Shown here piece by piece: positions 14,150 to 26,434 of a stretch of DNA of 64,000 nt; within the stretch, counting starts at the first letter, position 1; the number at the start of each line of letters is the position of its first letter. The notes beneath the pieces are model-generated. The model had not been told where the DNA came from, searched no databases, and worked only from the letters and a program-made list of their open reading frames with translations. The translations under genes and the position numbers were made by a program. Origin of the DNA: Octopus vulgaris (taxonomy: Eukaryota); contig OX597816.1 in the NCBI GenBank assembly GCA_951406725.2, positions 50,468,001-50,532,000 on the forward strand. Direction: 5' to 3'.

Positions 14150-14605
14150 CATATATATATATATGTGTGTGTGTGTGTGTATATATATATATAAATACAT
14201 ATGCATATACATACATATACTTATACATATACATACATATATATAGATAGATAGATGTATGTGTGTGTGCGTTTGTGAGTATGTGTGTCTGTGTAAAAAT
14301 TAATGCTTACAAGGTCAGAAACATTATCAAAAAAGTTCATTTATTAAAAGGATGTCTTTTATCAGGCTTTTATACTGTTATTGGCGACCATATGGCATCA
14401 TACAGCAGGGTTATTCCTTGAGCTGGATAAAGATGTGGAAATCCATTAGTGTATAGAATTTATATAAAAATTTATAGACGTCAGAATAATCAAGCTCAAA
14501 ATATAAGTTACAGCATTAGTTTCTGTGTGGTAGCAACAGCTGCAAGTTGTTGAGTCTTCAGTCTCATACCATTACATATATTATTTTATAAATAATTACA
14601 TATTT

Positions 14606-14949
14606 AATAAGAATACCCAAAGAGTGCAAACCTCCGCCAAGCCAGCACCAACAATTAGCATTCTCTCAACGATTAGTCAGAGATGATTTTTAAAATGAGA
14701 ATATCTAAAATAAACGCGACTGCTTTCACAATAAAGAATACTAAAAAATGAACCCGACCGCTTCCAAACCTTAAGTAAAAAAAAAAAAAACAGAAAAAGA
14801 ATCCAGAATCCTTGTCTGGTAGTGGATCAGTTCCAAATCTAATCAGTTCGTGCCAGTGACGAGGATAAACATCCCTGAATTTTTCATACGAATCCATCCA
14901 GCGGTTCTTGAGATATATATTGTCCAACCTTTGCTAAGGCGGAGGTAAT
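14606..14949 (-). mobile_element. Non-autonomous Helentron-associated (HINE/DINE-like) element
   Basis: Subterminal inverted repeats ACCTCCGCC (14630-14638) and GGCGGAGGT (14938-14946), placed asymmetrically relative to the ends. Internal GGATCA..CCAAATCTAATCAGTTC block is typical of such elements (from recall). Confidence 0.6.
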
Positions 14950-15004
14950 TATGATCCACCAGCAACTGTGTGTTCGCAATTCATCAGGCAGCACTGCTGG
15001 ATCA

Positions 15005-15241
15005 CGTTGTGAGTGTTTATTGAACGAAAACACCTAAAGCTCCACGAGCCTCCAGTAGGGGATGGAGGCGATCCCTGCTGTACTATTTCGCTACAACTTT
15101 CTCTCACTCTTTCTTCTCTTGGCCTGCGCGCTTAGTCAGTGGGGTAACGTCATTTGAAGGCTAAATCAATGCGAAGCACATTGTGACCATCGATGTGTAA
15201 CAACATCTGATAGCGTATTCAGTCACGGTGATCACGGTGAT
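15005..15241 (+). mobile_element. SINE family C, 5'-truncated
   Basis: Matches the reverse complement of 18216-18508. Tail of CACGGTGAT repeats. Confidence 0.85.
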
Positions 15242-16024
15242 ATCTACCCGATCTCATCGTCAGTGTGTTAGCGTAATTAGTTATAGTACTACAGGCAGTT
15301 AATATAATGACAATCTCAAGTCTAGATAAATCAGATTTGTATTTGACGAATGTAGGTGCTTATTGGCTTGATAGTTGAATAGTAATTAAAGATATCTAGT
15401 TGTACAAACTTACTACACTTTTTCCAGGCTGTTGAACCAACTAATAACATCTAGTGTATCCAACCATAGCGTAATTTAATTAAAGATCTTAGAGTAGGTA
15501 AAGTTCTATCTATAATTATCTGATCGATTCGACCAACGATAGATATAGATGGCCATATCAGTCTAGTCGTTGGATCACTGTGCAACTTAATTTTATGGTA
15601 CTTAAGATAAATTGTAGGTTTTCTAAGTGTATATGGTTTGATCTTTCCCCTATACATAATTCCGTAACTATTTCATGTACCCTTCTATCTATGTTAGCTT
15701 GTGTTTCCCGTGTAGTATGTTTGTATACACTATTTCTGCCATAGAAAGCTTTTTATATATTTAATGTTAACATCATGTAGATTTCCAATTTTCTTCACAC
15801 ACACATACACGCATACTTACACACACACACACACACACACAGAGACACACATATATGTAACCATATCTTATCATATATCATATCAAGCAGCAGGGGTTAT
15901 ATAATCAGCTTCAATACCTTACAGTTGTTTCTGCTTCAAAATGCAGTGCACTCAGAGATGAGAGATTGTGTAACATCCTCTAACTTTCTTAGAATTATTA
16001 AATTGATGTGTGTGTGTTTTTGTG

Positions 16025-16124
<100 letters not shown>

Positions 16125-16407
16125 AGAGAGAAAGTGAGACAGACAAATAGATGTATTATATATACGTTAATGTGTTTGTGTGTACATGTATAAATATTAT
16201 ATATAATTGTTTTTAAAATTTATATTCTATTTAATTAAAAAAATAAAACAGTCACAAAAGGGTCTTAGACTTAGTACCGAGGCTCCATCCAGCTCAAGAA
16301 GAAATGGAAAAATGTTTACATGAAACAGAAAAATTTGCTGAAGCAATGCGTTGGAAATATAATAGACACGTACGTCAATCAACCAATCATCAATAGATCA
16401 TCCAATC

Positions 16408-16484
<77 letters not shown>

Positions 16485-16930
16485 CGTATGTCACTAAGGA
16501 AATCACTAATAGTAGTGAAAGCATTGATTTATTTTTACTTCGTCGTTTTGGGTGTACCTCTGAGTTTTACAAATCAGCAATCATTTCGAATACGCGACTG
16601 ATATAATAAGCAATAGATTTACATCGTTTTTCAAAAATTTATGGAGTTACCAATTTTGGCTTTGTCGTTAGTGAAAAACTGATTTTGCACGTCATAACTG
16701 TAACAAATCTAGAATGATTGATGTTTTTTACAAAAAAAAAAACAATGCTTTCAATTTGTCTTCATGAAATAATAGATAAACTTTGGATATAATTTTGGTT
16801 GTTATGTTTAGAAAAAAATCTTTTCAAAATTCAGACAGGACTAAAACAGTCGGTTTGTGAAGTGCGATCAGAAATAGAGTTTGATGTATAATATATTATG
16901 AAGGTGAAACTTATATTAGGCATCGCATTT

Positions 16931-17122
16931 AAGGCGACGAGCTGGCAGAATGGTTAGCGACCTTTCGTCTTACTTTAAGTTTTGAGTTCAAATTCCGCCG
17001 AGGACGACTTGGCTTTCATGCTTTAGTGGTCGATAAAGTAAGTACTAGTTGAGCACCGGGGTCGATGTAATGGACTAGCCTCTCTCCCAAAGTTGCTGGC
17101 TTCGCGTTAAAGTTTGAAGCCA
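16931..17122 (+). mobile_element. SINE family A copy
   Basis: AAGGCGACGAGCTGGCAGAATGGTTAGC ... GAGTTCAAATTCCGCCGAGG ... GGGGTCGATGTAAT. A more decayed copy follows to about 17330. Confidence 0.85.
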
Positions 17123-18162
17123 ATATCAAACATTGTTAAAGTGTCGATATAATAAAATAGTTAGTAGGCTGGGCAGATTGCTTATTGGAATTTCATCTGG
17201 ATTTACGTTCGACTACGTGTTCTATGTCTCGGGATCAATTAAATAAGCACCAGTTGAGCACTGGAGTCAATGAAATCAATTAGACCTCATTCTACCAAAT
17301 TGAAACATCTTATGCCTATAGGAGAAATAAATATTAGCCGCTGTTGCAGATGGAAAACAGTTAAAAAATTAACAAGGTTGAAATAATTCTGCAATGATGT
17401 ATTAGGATGGATTCTTTAACTATGTGGTATGTTTAATAGACTTCAGTTACATACTAGTAATTGTTTTACCATTTCTCCAAATATGAAATCGATTTCGGAA
17501 CTGTGATTGGCAAATCACATAAACAATAGATTAATTTCGTTACAGACTCTTCTATCTTCACCTAATCTATATACAGCGATAGCAGAGAAGCACAAATATA
17601 ACTGGGCGTTTTATATTCTTTTCTGTTTGTTTCAAGTAACTCCTCCATTTTCTAATTCTAACTACCATAGGTTTTGCGACAATGGATAGCATTCATATAT
17701 TCAAAGGATCATTACGAACAAATTACGAAACTAAAATTTGCTAAAATGTGAAATGATAATCGCCAAAGCAGCAAAAAAAAACAACAACTTCAGACTACTT
17801 TAGCATCCTTTGCACGTAATAATTTCCTTTTAAATCAGTGGGTGGTATCTTGACCTTTGATTGAATGCTCGATCGTGTTTACCTCGTTCGTGTTAACATA
17901 ACAGCAGTTTATCACTTAGCTGATAAACTCTGACAGATTTATATCGGTTACAGCTGACCGGACCTATAAGAAAGCAGCAGGACTTCTAAGACGGTATTTG
18001 AAGTACTGGCAGTAACAAATGACTCAAACCACACACACACCCAATTGCACAACCCAGACCCAGAATGCACATTCCGCATATGCATGTAAGTATGTGCGTA
18101 AGTATGCATGTATCTATCAATTTATGTATATATATGTATGTATATATGTATGTATATGTATA

Positions 18163-18215
<53 letters not shown>

Positions 18216-18217
<2 letters not shown>

Positions 18218-18508
18218 CACCGTGACCACCGTGACGACCAGGCTATCAGATGTTGCTACACATCGCTGGTCACAATGCGCTTCGCATTGTTTTAGCCTTC
18301 AAACGACACCACCCCACTGGCTAAGCGAACAGGCCAACAAAGGTGTGAGAGAAAGTTGTAGCGAAAGAGTACAGCAGTGATCGCCACCACCCCTGCCAGA
18401 GCCTCGTGGAGCTTTAGGTGTTTTCGCTCAATAAACACTCACAACGCACGGTCTGGGAATCGAAACCACGAATCCGCTGCCCTAACCACTGGGCCATTGC
18501 GCCTCCAC
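18216..18508 (-). mobile_element. SINE family C, near full length, tRNA-derived head
   Basis: Minus strand reads GTGGAGGCGCAATGGCCCAGTGGTTAGG (A box) ... GGTTTCGATTCCC (B box). Short CACGGT-repeat tail. Confidence 0.88.
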
Positions 18509-18519
18509 GTATATGTATA

Positions 18520-18563
<44 letters not shown>

Positions 18564-18697
18564 ATGAGGGTGTCTCAAAGACACCAACATGCCGAAATAG
18601 CAGTCGAAACACTGACTATAGTACCACGTTAAATGTTCATATCGCACCATGAGGCAAAGCGGAGGGACAAAACATACAAGCAAAAATTATTGAATAA

Positions 18698-18755
18698 TTC
18701 AAGATCCAAGGATTTCTGGTTCTGCTTTAGATAAGCTTTACCGTCATCAATTGAA
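18698..18755 (-). ncRNA. Type I hammerhead ribozyme-like motif (C3U core variant)
   Basis: UUCAA-UUGAUGA-C-GGU..ACC-A-GAAA-UCC-UU-GGA-UC-UUGAA. Stem I UUCAA/UUGAA, stem III AUCC/GGAU, AUC cleavage triplet. Confidence 0.65.
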
Positions 18756-18904
18756 TATATCAAGGGTACATCAATACAGATATATATATGCACAGCAAAC
18801 GATATACTTACATATACGAGCGTCGTACATACATACATATGCACGTATGGATGATACTCCGGTATCGTTTCTGCATCTAGTTCAGCAGATTTCATTCATA
18901 TCGG

Positions 18905-18969
18905 TCATGCTGACGAAGACTACGGGTATCCTTACGGATAATAATAGTCGAAACTGTTTCAGTACATGA
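18905..18969 (+). ncRNA. Type I hammerhead ribozyme, intact core
   Basis: UCAUG-CUGACGA-A-GACUA-(22 nt incl. UAUCC/GGAUA hairpin)-UAGUC-GAAA-CUG-UUU-CAG-UA-CAUGA. All three stems are Watson-Crick. Predicted cleavage after GUA (A18964). Confidence 0.88.
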
Positions 18970-19203
18970 ATGAGTATTATTTTTCGTATATTTTCACTTG
19001 TTTATTGCTTGGGTTGGTGTTGAGTTTGATCTGAGAACATAATATTTTGTGGAGAATGGCAATTTGACGTCTATAACTAGCATGTTGACTGTCCACTTTT
19101 TCGTGTTCAGTCTTTAAATGGTATATATAAATATTTAATCTTCGGATTTTTTTAATATGTTAGACCACTGGTTTCAATTGATAAATATTGATTTCTACCC
19201 TTA

Positions 19204-19246
<43 letters not shown>

Positions 19247-19649
19247 AAGTTTTGCATTCGGTAAAATTTTGTTTATTTTTAGTAGTTTTGACCGCATTGG
19301 TCCCTCTTAGCGTGTTGGTATCTACGAATAGTAATACCCTCAATATAATATAAATGAATATTTTCAAAGAGGAAGAATTTACGAATTTTTTCTCTTACGA
19401 GGTTTTTCACGCTGACTACTGATAATTTCTTTTAAAGATTTTAGCCTCAATTGTTAATTTATATTTTTCACCGGAATAGTTCAATACTGAATATTTATTC
19501 CGACTAGGCAATTTGTACCGAAATGCATTGCGAAAAAGCCCGCCATTTTGCTAGACATGTAAAGATAAACATTCGTACAAGCTACGACGAATTCTACGGT
19601 TGGCTATCGAGTTTGTAATGTTATGTTCTTTCTTATATTTCTTGAGTTT

Positions 19650-19713
19650 GTTGCACTGACGAACATGAAATGCATATTCTGCATTAAATGCGAAATCACA
19701 TGTGATATGTAAC
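19650..19713 (+). ncRNA. Type I hammerhead ribozyme, unit 1 of array
   Basis: GUUGCA-CUGACGA-...-GAAA-UCAC-AU-GUGA-UA-UGUAAC. Stem I GUUGCA/UGUAAC, palindromic stem III AUCACAUGUGAU, AUA triplet (cleavage after 19707). Stem II pairing is ambiguous. Confidence 0.78.
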
Positions 19714-20145
19714 TGAATTCTTTTTTAAAATGATGTGTTTTGAAGTTTTGCATTCGGTAAAATTTTGTTTATTTTTAGTAGTTTTGACCGCATTGGTCCC
19801 TCTTAGCGTGTTGGTATCTACGAATAGTAGTCCCCTCAATATAATATAAATGAATATTTTCAAAGAGGAAGAATTTACGGATTTTTTCTCTTACGAGGTT
19901 TTTCACGCTGACTACTGATAATTTCTTTTAAAAATTTTATCCTCAATTGTTAATTTATATTTTTCACCGGAATAGTTCAATACTGAATTTTTATTCCGAC
20001 TAGGCAATTTGTACCGAAATGCATTGCGAAAAAGCCCGCCATTTTCATAGACATGTAAGGATAAACATTCGTACAAGCTACGACGAATTCTACGGTTGGC
20101 TATCGAGTTTGTAATGTTATGTTCTTTCTTATATTTCTTGAGTTT

Positions 20146-20209
20146 GTTGCACTGACGAATATGCAATGCATATTCTGCATTAAATGCGAAATCACGTGTG
20201 ATATGTAAC
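20146..20209 (+). ncRNA. Type I hammerhead ribozyme, unit 2 of array
   Basis: Same motif 496 bp downstream. Stem III AUCAC-GU-GUGAU. Cleavage predicted after 20203. Confidence 0.78.
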
Positions 20210-20445
20210 TGAATTCTTTTTTAAAATGATGTGTTTTGAAGTTTTGCATTCGGTAAAATTTTGTTTATTTTTAGTAGTTTTCACCGCATTGGTCCCTCTT
20301 AGCGTGTTGGTATCTACGAATAGTCGTCCCCTCAATATAATATAAATGAATATTTTCAAAGAGGAAGAATTTACGGATTTTTTCTCTTACGAGGTTTTTC
20401 ACGCTGACTACTGATAATTTCTTTTAAAGATTTTATCCTCAATTG

Positions 20446-20500
<55 letters not shown>

Positions 20501-21969
20501 GTTTATGCATATATTTATCATGATTCCTCATGTAAAACCGTGTGTTGAAACAGGTATTGTTATATTTCGAGATGTTCATTATTTTTCTCAAATAAACTCA
20601 TGCACTATATATTCGTTTTTCTCAAGAGAGATAACCTTCATATAATGAGAGTCCGTGGTTCATCTAGACATGCCTTGGACGAGTCAGTTAAATATATAAT
20701 TCTGAAAATACACACCAGGTCGTTCTCTCTCTAATACAGAATCATATATTATGCTTATAGCCATAGCTATAAGTACAAACATTTAAACATTTATTCAGGG
20801 CTCGGACATCATATAGGATTTAAGTGTCACATTCAGTTTTCCCCCACCAAATAGATAAATGTGACATTGAAGTCTCACTGGTCATGAACCATCAACCGGT
20901 GAGCCTTCCAATTTACTCTCTACATTTACTTAGAAAAGAATTTTATCTATCTATCTATCTGTTTGTCTGTCTATCTTCTATCACGCTATATACATGTGTG
21001 TGCGTGTGTGTGTGTCTATGTGGAAACTGTAGAATCTCTGCTCCATGCAAACTTCCCTTTAATTGACATGCTTCACATATATGAGAAGAAATGCGAAAGA
21101 AGAATAACAGAAACTATATGACACAATGAGTCTTAGGTAATCGATATTGTTCAAGAAATAAGAATATTTCTAAAAATGGCAAAGCATTTTACTATTGAAC
21201 TTTTTAAACTTCATTTTCGTAAGTCTGTTTTTTTCTTCTCTTTTGCTTGGTTTTGTAATACTCTTACATTGTTTTCATGTTCTATAGTTTCTGCATTTTT
21301 TCTGCATTTCTTTATTCATATCTCAGCTTCAGTTTCTTTGTTCTCCCTGTTGAGTGAGTAATATAGCTATATAATGCATACTACATCTAGTCTTGTTTTG
21401 GCTTTTTGCTATGTTGCTATCCCATCCATTGCTGTTACTTCTACTGCGAAAATGAAAAAAAAATATATATTAAGACAGTATTCGTTTGCTTACTATAGAG
21501 AGTTTGTTAAAGTTATTCAATTTCTTCATATACGCTGCTCTTAACGTTCTACAATTGTACTAATGGTGATATATATAATGTTGACACAAGGTCAGGCGAC
21601 ACGTTGTGAGAAAGTACGTTTTATATTTATAGACGTCGCTGCTTGACTGATATTTATTTTCTTGGTGAATAAATGTTCAAATTTGCCCTAGGTAAAATCT
21701 GAACGAAGAACATAACGTTAAATAATAAATTAATTTCAATCCACTTTTGGTCAATTCTTTACCGATATTATTAAATGGAAAAACATATAATTAAATTAAA
21801 GAATCGCAGTATCCTTGATAATAGTGACATGAAGGTATAAATTGTTAATAATATATAATAATATATATGACATATCAATATATAATAATAAATTATATAA
21901 TGCATATTATTATATGTTTAATATTCTTTCTAATCATGGTGCTGTTGCAACAATATTGTGAAAAGATGT

Positions 21970-22280
21970 AAGCTGGTTACATCGACTCTAGTATTTAATT
22001 GATACTTTATTTTATTGAACGCAGAAGAATGAAAGGCAAAGTAGACTTCAGTAGGATTTGAACTCAGAGCATGATTAGCGAGTATGAATAGCCCTAAACA
22101 ATATGTGCGTCGCGCTATCAATAAAAGATAAAATATAATTCTTCCTACTATACGCACAACGCCTTACATTTGAGAGGAGGGGCAAATCGATTGCATCCAC
22201 TTCAGTACGTATCTGGTAATTATTCATTCCATCGTCACCGAAAGGATGAACGGTACATTTGAACTCGGCGGAATTTAATA
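21970..22280 (-). mobile_element. Two decayed SINE family A fragments
   Basis: GAATGAAAGGCAAAGTAGACTTC..GGATTTGAACTCAG and GAAAGGATGAA..CTCGGCGGAATTT. Confidence 0.65.
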
Positions 22281-22857
22281 GATGTATAATAATGTTATCT
22301 ATAATTATAAAATAGGCATGGTGACAAAAAACTTTGTAAGGGAAATTAGCTTATTAAATCATGCGGAGTATCTGATTGACACGTTTCTTTTTTTTTTATG
22401 GATGGGATTTGAACTCAGGACTTAAAGAACTATATCACCAGTTGATTTTATGTGACGCCTTGCGGATTCTCTGCAACTGATCCCAAAGATTTTGCCTTCT
22501 CCAGCAATATACATGAAATTGTGGTTACTAATCTAAACCAGAAACTGTTGCGCGGGTAGAAGAGTCACTCGATATCGCTAACACCAGTAACTGAACAGTA
22601 TTATTTTAGCATCTCCGGTAAGATGACAGGCAAAAAATAGGCTTTGGTGGTTTTGAAATCGGTATTAAATAAAACCACAGAAGAAATACCGAGCAGCAAC
22701 TTTTCTGACACTTTAACGATTCTACCACATCACCACTCATACCATTCGTAATCACATTTTCTGATTTACGAACAAGGGGCGCGATTTTATGATTAGTCGA
22801 TATCATTGACTGAATATATGGCTGGAGCTTTATTTAATTAAGCCTTAAATGATAAAA

Positions 22858-23119
22858 AAATAAATAATAAATGCGCCCTTTAAAAGCCTAGCCAGGCTCA
22901 TGAACCCGGTTTCCCGGTTTCTATGGCGTATGTGTTCCCCAGCTGGACAGGACGCCAGTCAATCACATCGTTAATCATTTTTGCCAGCTGAGTGGACTGG
23001 AGCAACGTGAAATGAATTGTTTTGCTCAAGAACACAACGCGTCGCCCAGTCCAGGATTCGAAACCACAATCTTACGATCATGGTGCTGACACCCTAATCA
23101 CTAAACCACGCGCCTCCAC
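22858..23119 (-). mobile_element. SINE family D (tRNA head + CORE-like block) with 12-bp TSD, nested in a decayed family A copy
   Basis: Minus strand GTGGAGGCGCGTGGTTTAGTGATTAGG..GGTTTCGAATCC..GTTGTGTTCTTGAGCAAAAC. TSD TAAATGATAAAA at 22846-22857 and 23120-23131. Confidence 0.85.
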
Positions 23120-24189
23120 TAAATGATAAAAGGAAAAGTTAAAATCGGCAAGCTTGAACTTGGAACAAATAGCTAAACATTTTCTCGACGTTCTAACTCT
23201 TTCTGCCAGCTCGCTTCCTTATCATATAATTAAAAGCTATAGTAATTAATAATAGCCGTATTAATCATATTTTAATATATGGTAACACAAGTACAGAAAA
23301 TGTTTGGGTGGGAACAATCGATTATATCGATTTCATTACTTGATTCATACATAATTTAATCATACACGGAAAGATGAAAGGCAAAATTGCTCTCGATGAG
23401 AACTGTGATCATAACATAAAAGTTCCTTATGGCGAAAACATTTGTATTTATAGTAAAAAAAATAACAAATTAAATGTAGATGGTTGAAGGGTTTATGTCG
23501 ACTCGGTACATCACGACCTCTTATTTTCATTTCACAATCACCACCGTTAGGAACATTCTGGCCATGTGCCAAAATTTGAAACCAATATACCAAAATACTT
23601 CATTAGTAGTGAAATATAGAAACCACAGTTGTCCTCAGATTTTATACTCCGAATGCGTAAAGAGCAAAGAAGTATTAGTAGGCTCATACTTATCCTACCT
23701 GTCAAAGAGGCGTTGATATATACACTTATAATAAAACGGATTATCGATTCAAATGATATGAATATCGTATCAAATTTGTGGAAGCTGTCACTAAAATAGC
23801 AATAAAGTCAGAAATTCAGTGGGAAGGTTTGAATCGATTAAAATGACATTAGTATTTGACAAATAACTTTTTGTTATGTACCCAAAAACAATGAAAGGAA
23901 ATCGTTAAAACAAATACTGAATTTTAATTTTTTTTCCCGTCTCGAACGATTCTGCCAATCCACTTCCTTTTAGTAGTTGTACTAACATGATTGCTTTCAA
24001 ACAGAGACACAAATATCAAATATTATGAGAGCCTTACCGTTATTCGGGACTTCGACAACTAATGGTAACTTTGTAACATATAGCGTATTGAGCAGGTCTA
24101 ATCATTGCAGATTTCTTCTATGTAGATATATAGATACATACATACATGCATACATAGATAAATAGATAGATAGTTTTTCGGTCATTTTC

Positions 24190-24425
24190 TTATTTCTTTT
24201 TTGCCCATAAGGGGCTAAACATAGAGGGGACAAACAAGGACAGACAAAGGGATTAAGTCGATTACATCAACTCCAGTGCAAAACTGCTACTTATTTTATC
24301 GACCCTGAAAAGATGAAAGGATGGAAGGCAAGAAATATGGTGAACGAGTGGAGGATAGAGATGTGTGTTGAATAAGTCATGGTGGATGTTGTCTGTCCTT
24401 GTTTGTCCCTTCTATGTTTAGCCCC
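24190..24425. mobile_element. Rearranged SINE family A tail (inverted ends enclosing a 60-bp local duplication)
   Basis: 24211-24247 is an inverted repeat of 24389-24425. 24333-24392 copies 25051-25110. Confidence 0.8.
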
Positions 24426-25880
24426 CAGATAGACAGAAGGAAAGGAAGTTAGTTAGATAGATATATAGTTTGAGATAAATAGAGAGGGAATACTTTATTT
24501 ATCGACACCTTCAGGAACACATTCAATATTGACGTGAACAGGATGTTGTACGCCTTGCCGTTGAAAGAATACGCCAACGTATTCTATTCCGATGATCTAA
24601 TAGTCCTTCCTATCAGCCAACATAGCGTGCAAGAGAAATAGTTAATAAATCCATTAAATCGTGTGAAGTACAGTTTTATATTTTCAATCTGAAAAAGGGG
24701 TTCTGACCTTGATGTGCACACACCTTCTGAGTAGAGTCGTATTGAAAATACGGCTGGTATTCAGCTTGGCATCTCCAAGTGAATGACTTAAAGTAAAGTG
24801 GAAAAGCAAGGGATTTTGAATCAATGTTTAGTTATTGATTAGACTCAGTTCGGCCCTTGTAAAGCAGTTTTATGGTCATGGAAACGCTACTTAAGACAAT
24901 CTCCCTTTTCTTTTATACAGGAAAACCAGTGTGATTATTTCTCTCTAAAAGTTTGGTGTGTAAACTGGTAAATTTGTTAACTGTATGTAACCGGTCAAGT
25001 TTCTACTTAGAAGATTCTCCTTTCGCTTAGTGTCGAGCCTAGGTAGAGAAAAATATGATGAACGAGTGGAGGATATAGATGTGTGTTGAACAAGTCGTGG
25101 TGGATGTTGTACGGGAGAATATAATATTGGGAAGTAGAGATTGTTGCAGGAGTACTAGATAAACATGACTGAGAGTCAGTGCATTTCTTGGATAGAAATT
25201 GGAGTTTGATGTTAATAGGTTGTTGCCAGTAAACTGCATAGCTTTCTTTTCAATTTGTGTTGCAGCATGTGCGTATTTTATTTGGGACTGACGTAGTATG
25301 ACCGAATGGTTAAAAATGTAACTACGAAATTACGGCCTGTCGTGTTATATGTAATTGGGTCGTAGCACCCGAGTTATTTGAATGAGACTGTTTCAACTGA
25401 CCCCATCGGACTGTCACATTTAATTCAAAAATAACCCTCTCACAATGTGTAACACTGATTCACACTGGCTCAAAATGTAACAATACCATAATCCAGAAAA
25501 TTAATGTATTCTATAAGTGTCTTCTGAACACTCAGCCACTCCATACGCTATTTTAGTATGCTGGTATATCCATTCATCTATTTATCAATACTAGTGACGA
25601 TACACTTACTTATGTGGCACAAGTGTCTTGCGTTATGCCGGAGAAGAGGACCATTCACTGCTGCTTTCATCTCTCCGGAAAGATGTAAAACGTTGTAGTG
25701 CATTTGAACATAATACAAGAAAAAGTAGATATAAAACTAGAGTATATTTATCCAAGATTATGTAACAAAATCACTAGATAAGACAATATTTTACACTGAC
25801 CTCAGCACATCACTAGTATTTATTTTCTTAACTATGTACTGATACAGGAAAAGTTGAAATCGTCAATATTTAAATACAGA

Positions 25881-26434
25881 AAGGCGGCGAGCTGGCAGAA
25901 ACGTCAGCACGCCGGGCGAAATGTTTAGCGGTATTTCGTCTGCCGCTACCTTCTGAGTTCAAATTCCGCCGAAGCCGATTTGCCTTTCATCCTTTCGGGG
26001 CCGATTAAATAAGTACCAGTTACGCATTGGGGTCGATATAATCGACTTAATCCGTTTGACTGTCGTTTTTGTCCTCTCTGTGTTTAGCCCCTTGTGGGGA
26101 ATAAAGAAATAGGTATTTGCTCTGTCGTTATGTTCTGAGTTCAAATTCCGCCGAGGTCGACTTTGCCTTTCATTCTTTCGGGGTCAATTAAATAAGTACC
26201 AGTTACGCACTGGGGTCGATGTAATCGACTTAATCAGTTTGTCTGTCCTTGTTTGTTTCCTCTGTGTTTAGCCCCTTGTGGGTAGTAAAGAAATAGGTAT
26301 TTCGTCTGTCTTTACGTTCCACCGAGGTCGACTTTGCCTTTCATCCTTTCCGGGTCGATAAATAAAGTACCAATTGCGTAATGGTGTTGATCCCCTTCCC
26401 CAAAATTTCTAGCCTTGTGTCTAGAGTAGAAAAG
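25881..26434 (+). mobile_element. SINE family A with internally triplicated body and 16-bp TSD
   Basis: Body units begin GGTATTT at 25930, 26112 and 26296. TSD AATATTTAAATACAGA at 25865-25880 and 26435-26450. Confidence 0.92.

Larger units (their letters stand above)
19244..20450 (+). repeat. 496-bp tandem repeat, ~2.4 copies, one hammerhead per full unit (retrozyme / Penelope pseudo-LTR-like)
   Basis: GAAGTTTTGCATTCGGTAAAA starts at 19246, 19742 and 20238 (period 496). Copies are nearly identical. No ORF. (TA)n on both sides. Confidence 0.95.

Noticed and set aside
18440-18508. tRNA-like sequences with A and B boxes (also near 23050-23119, 29785-29850)
   Set aside because: They are SINE heads continuing into repeat bodies, with no complete cloverleaf.
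19244-20450. CRISPR-like or satellite interpretation of the A-B-A-B-A repeat
   Set aside because: The intervening segments are near-identical rather than unique spacers, the units are 496 bp, and the context is eukaryotic with no cas genes.
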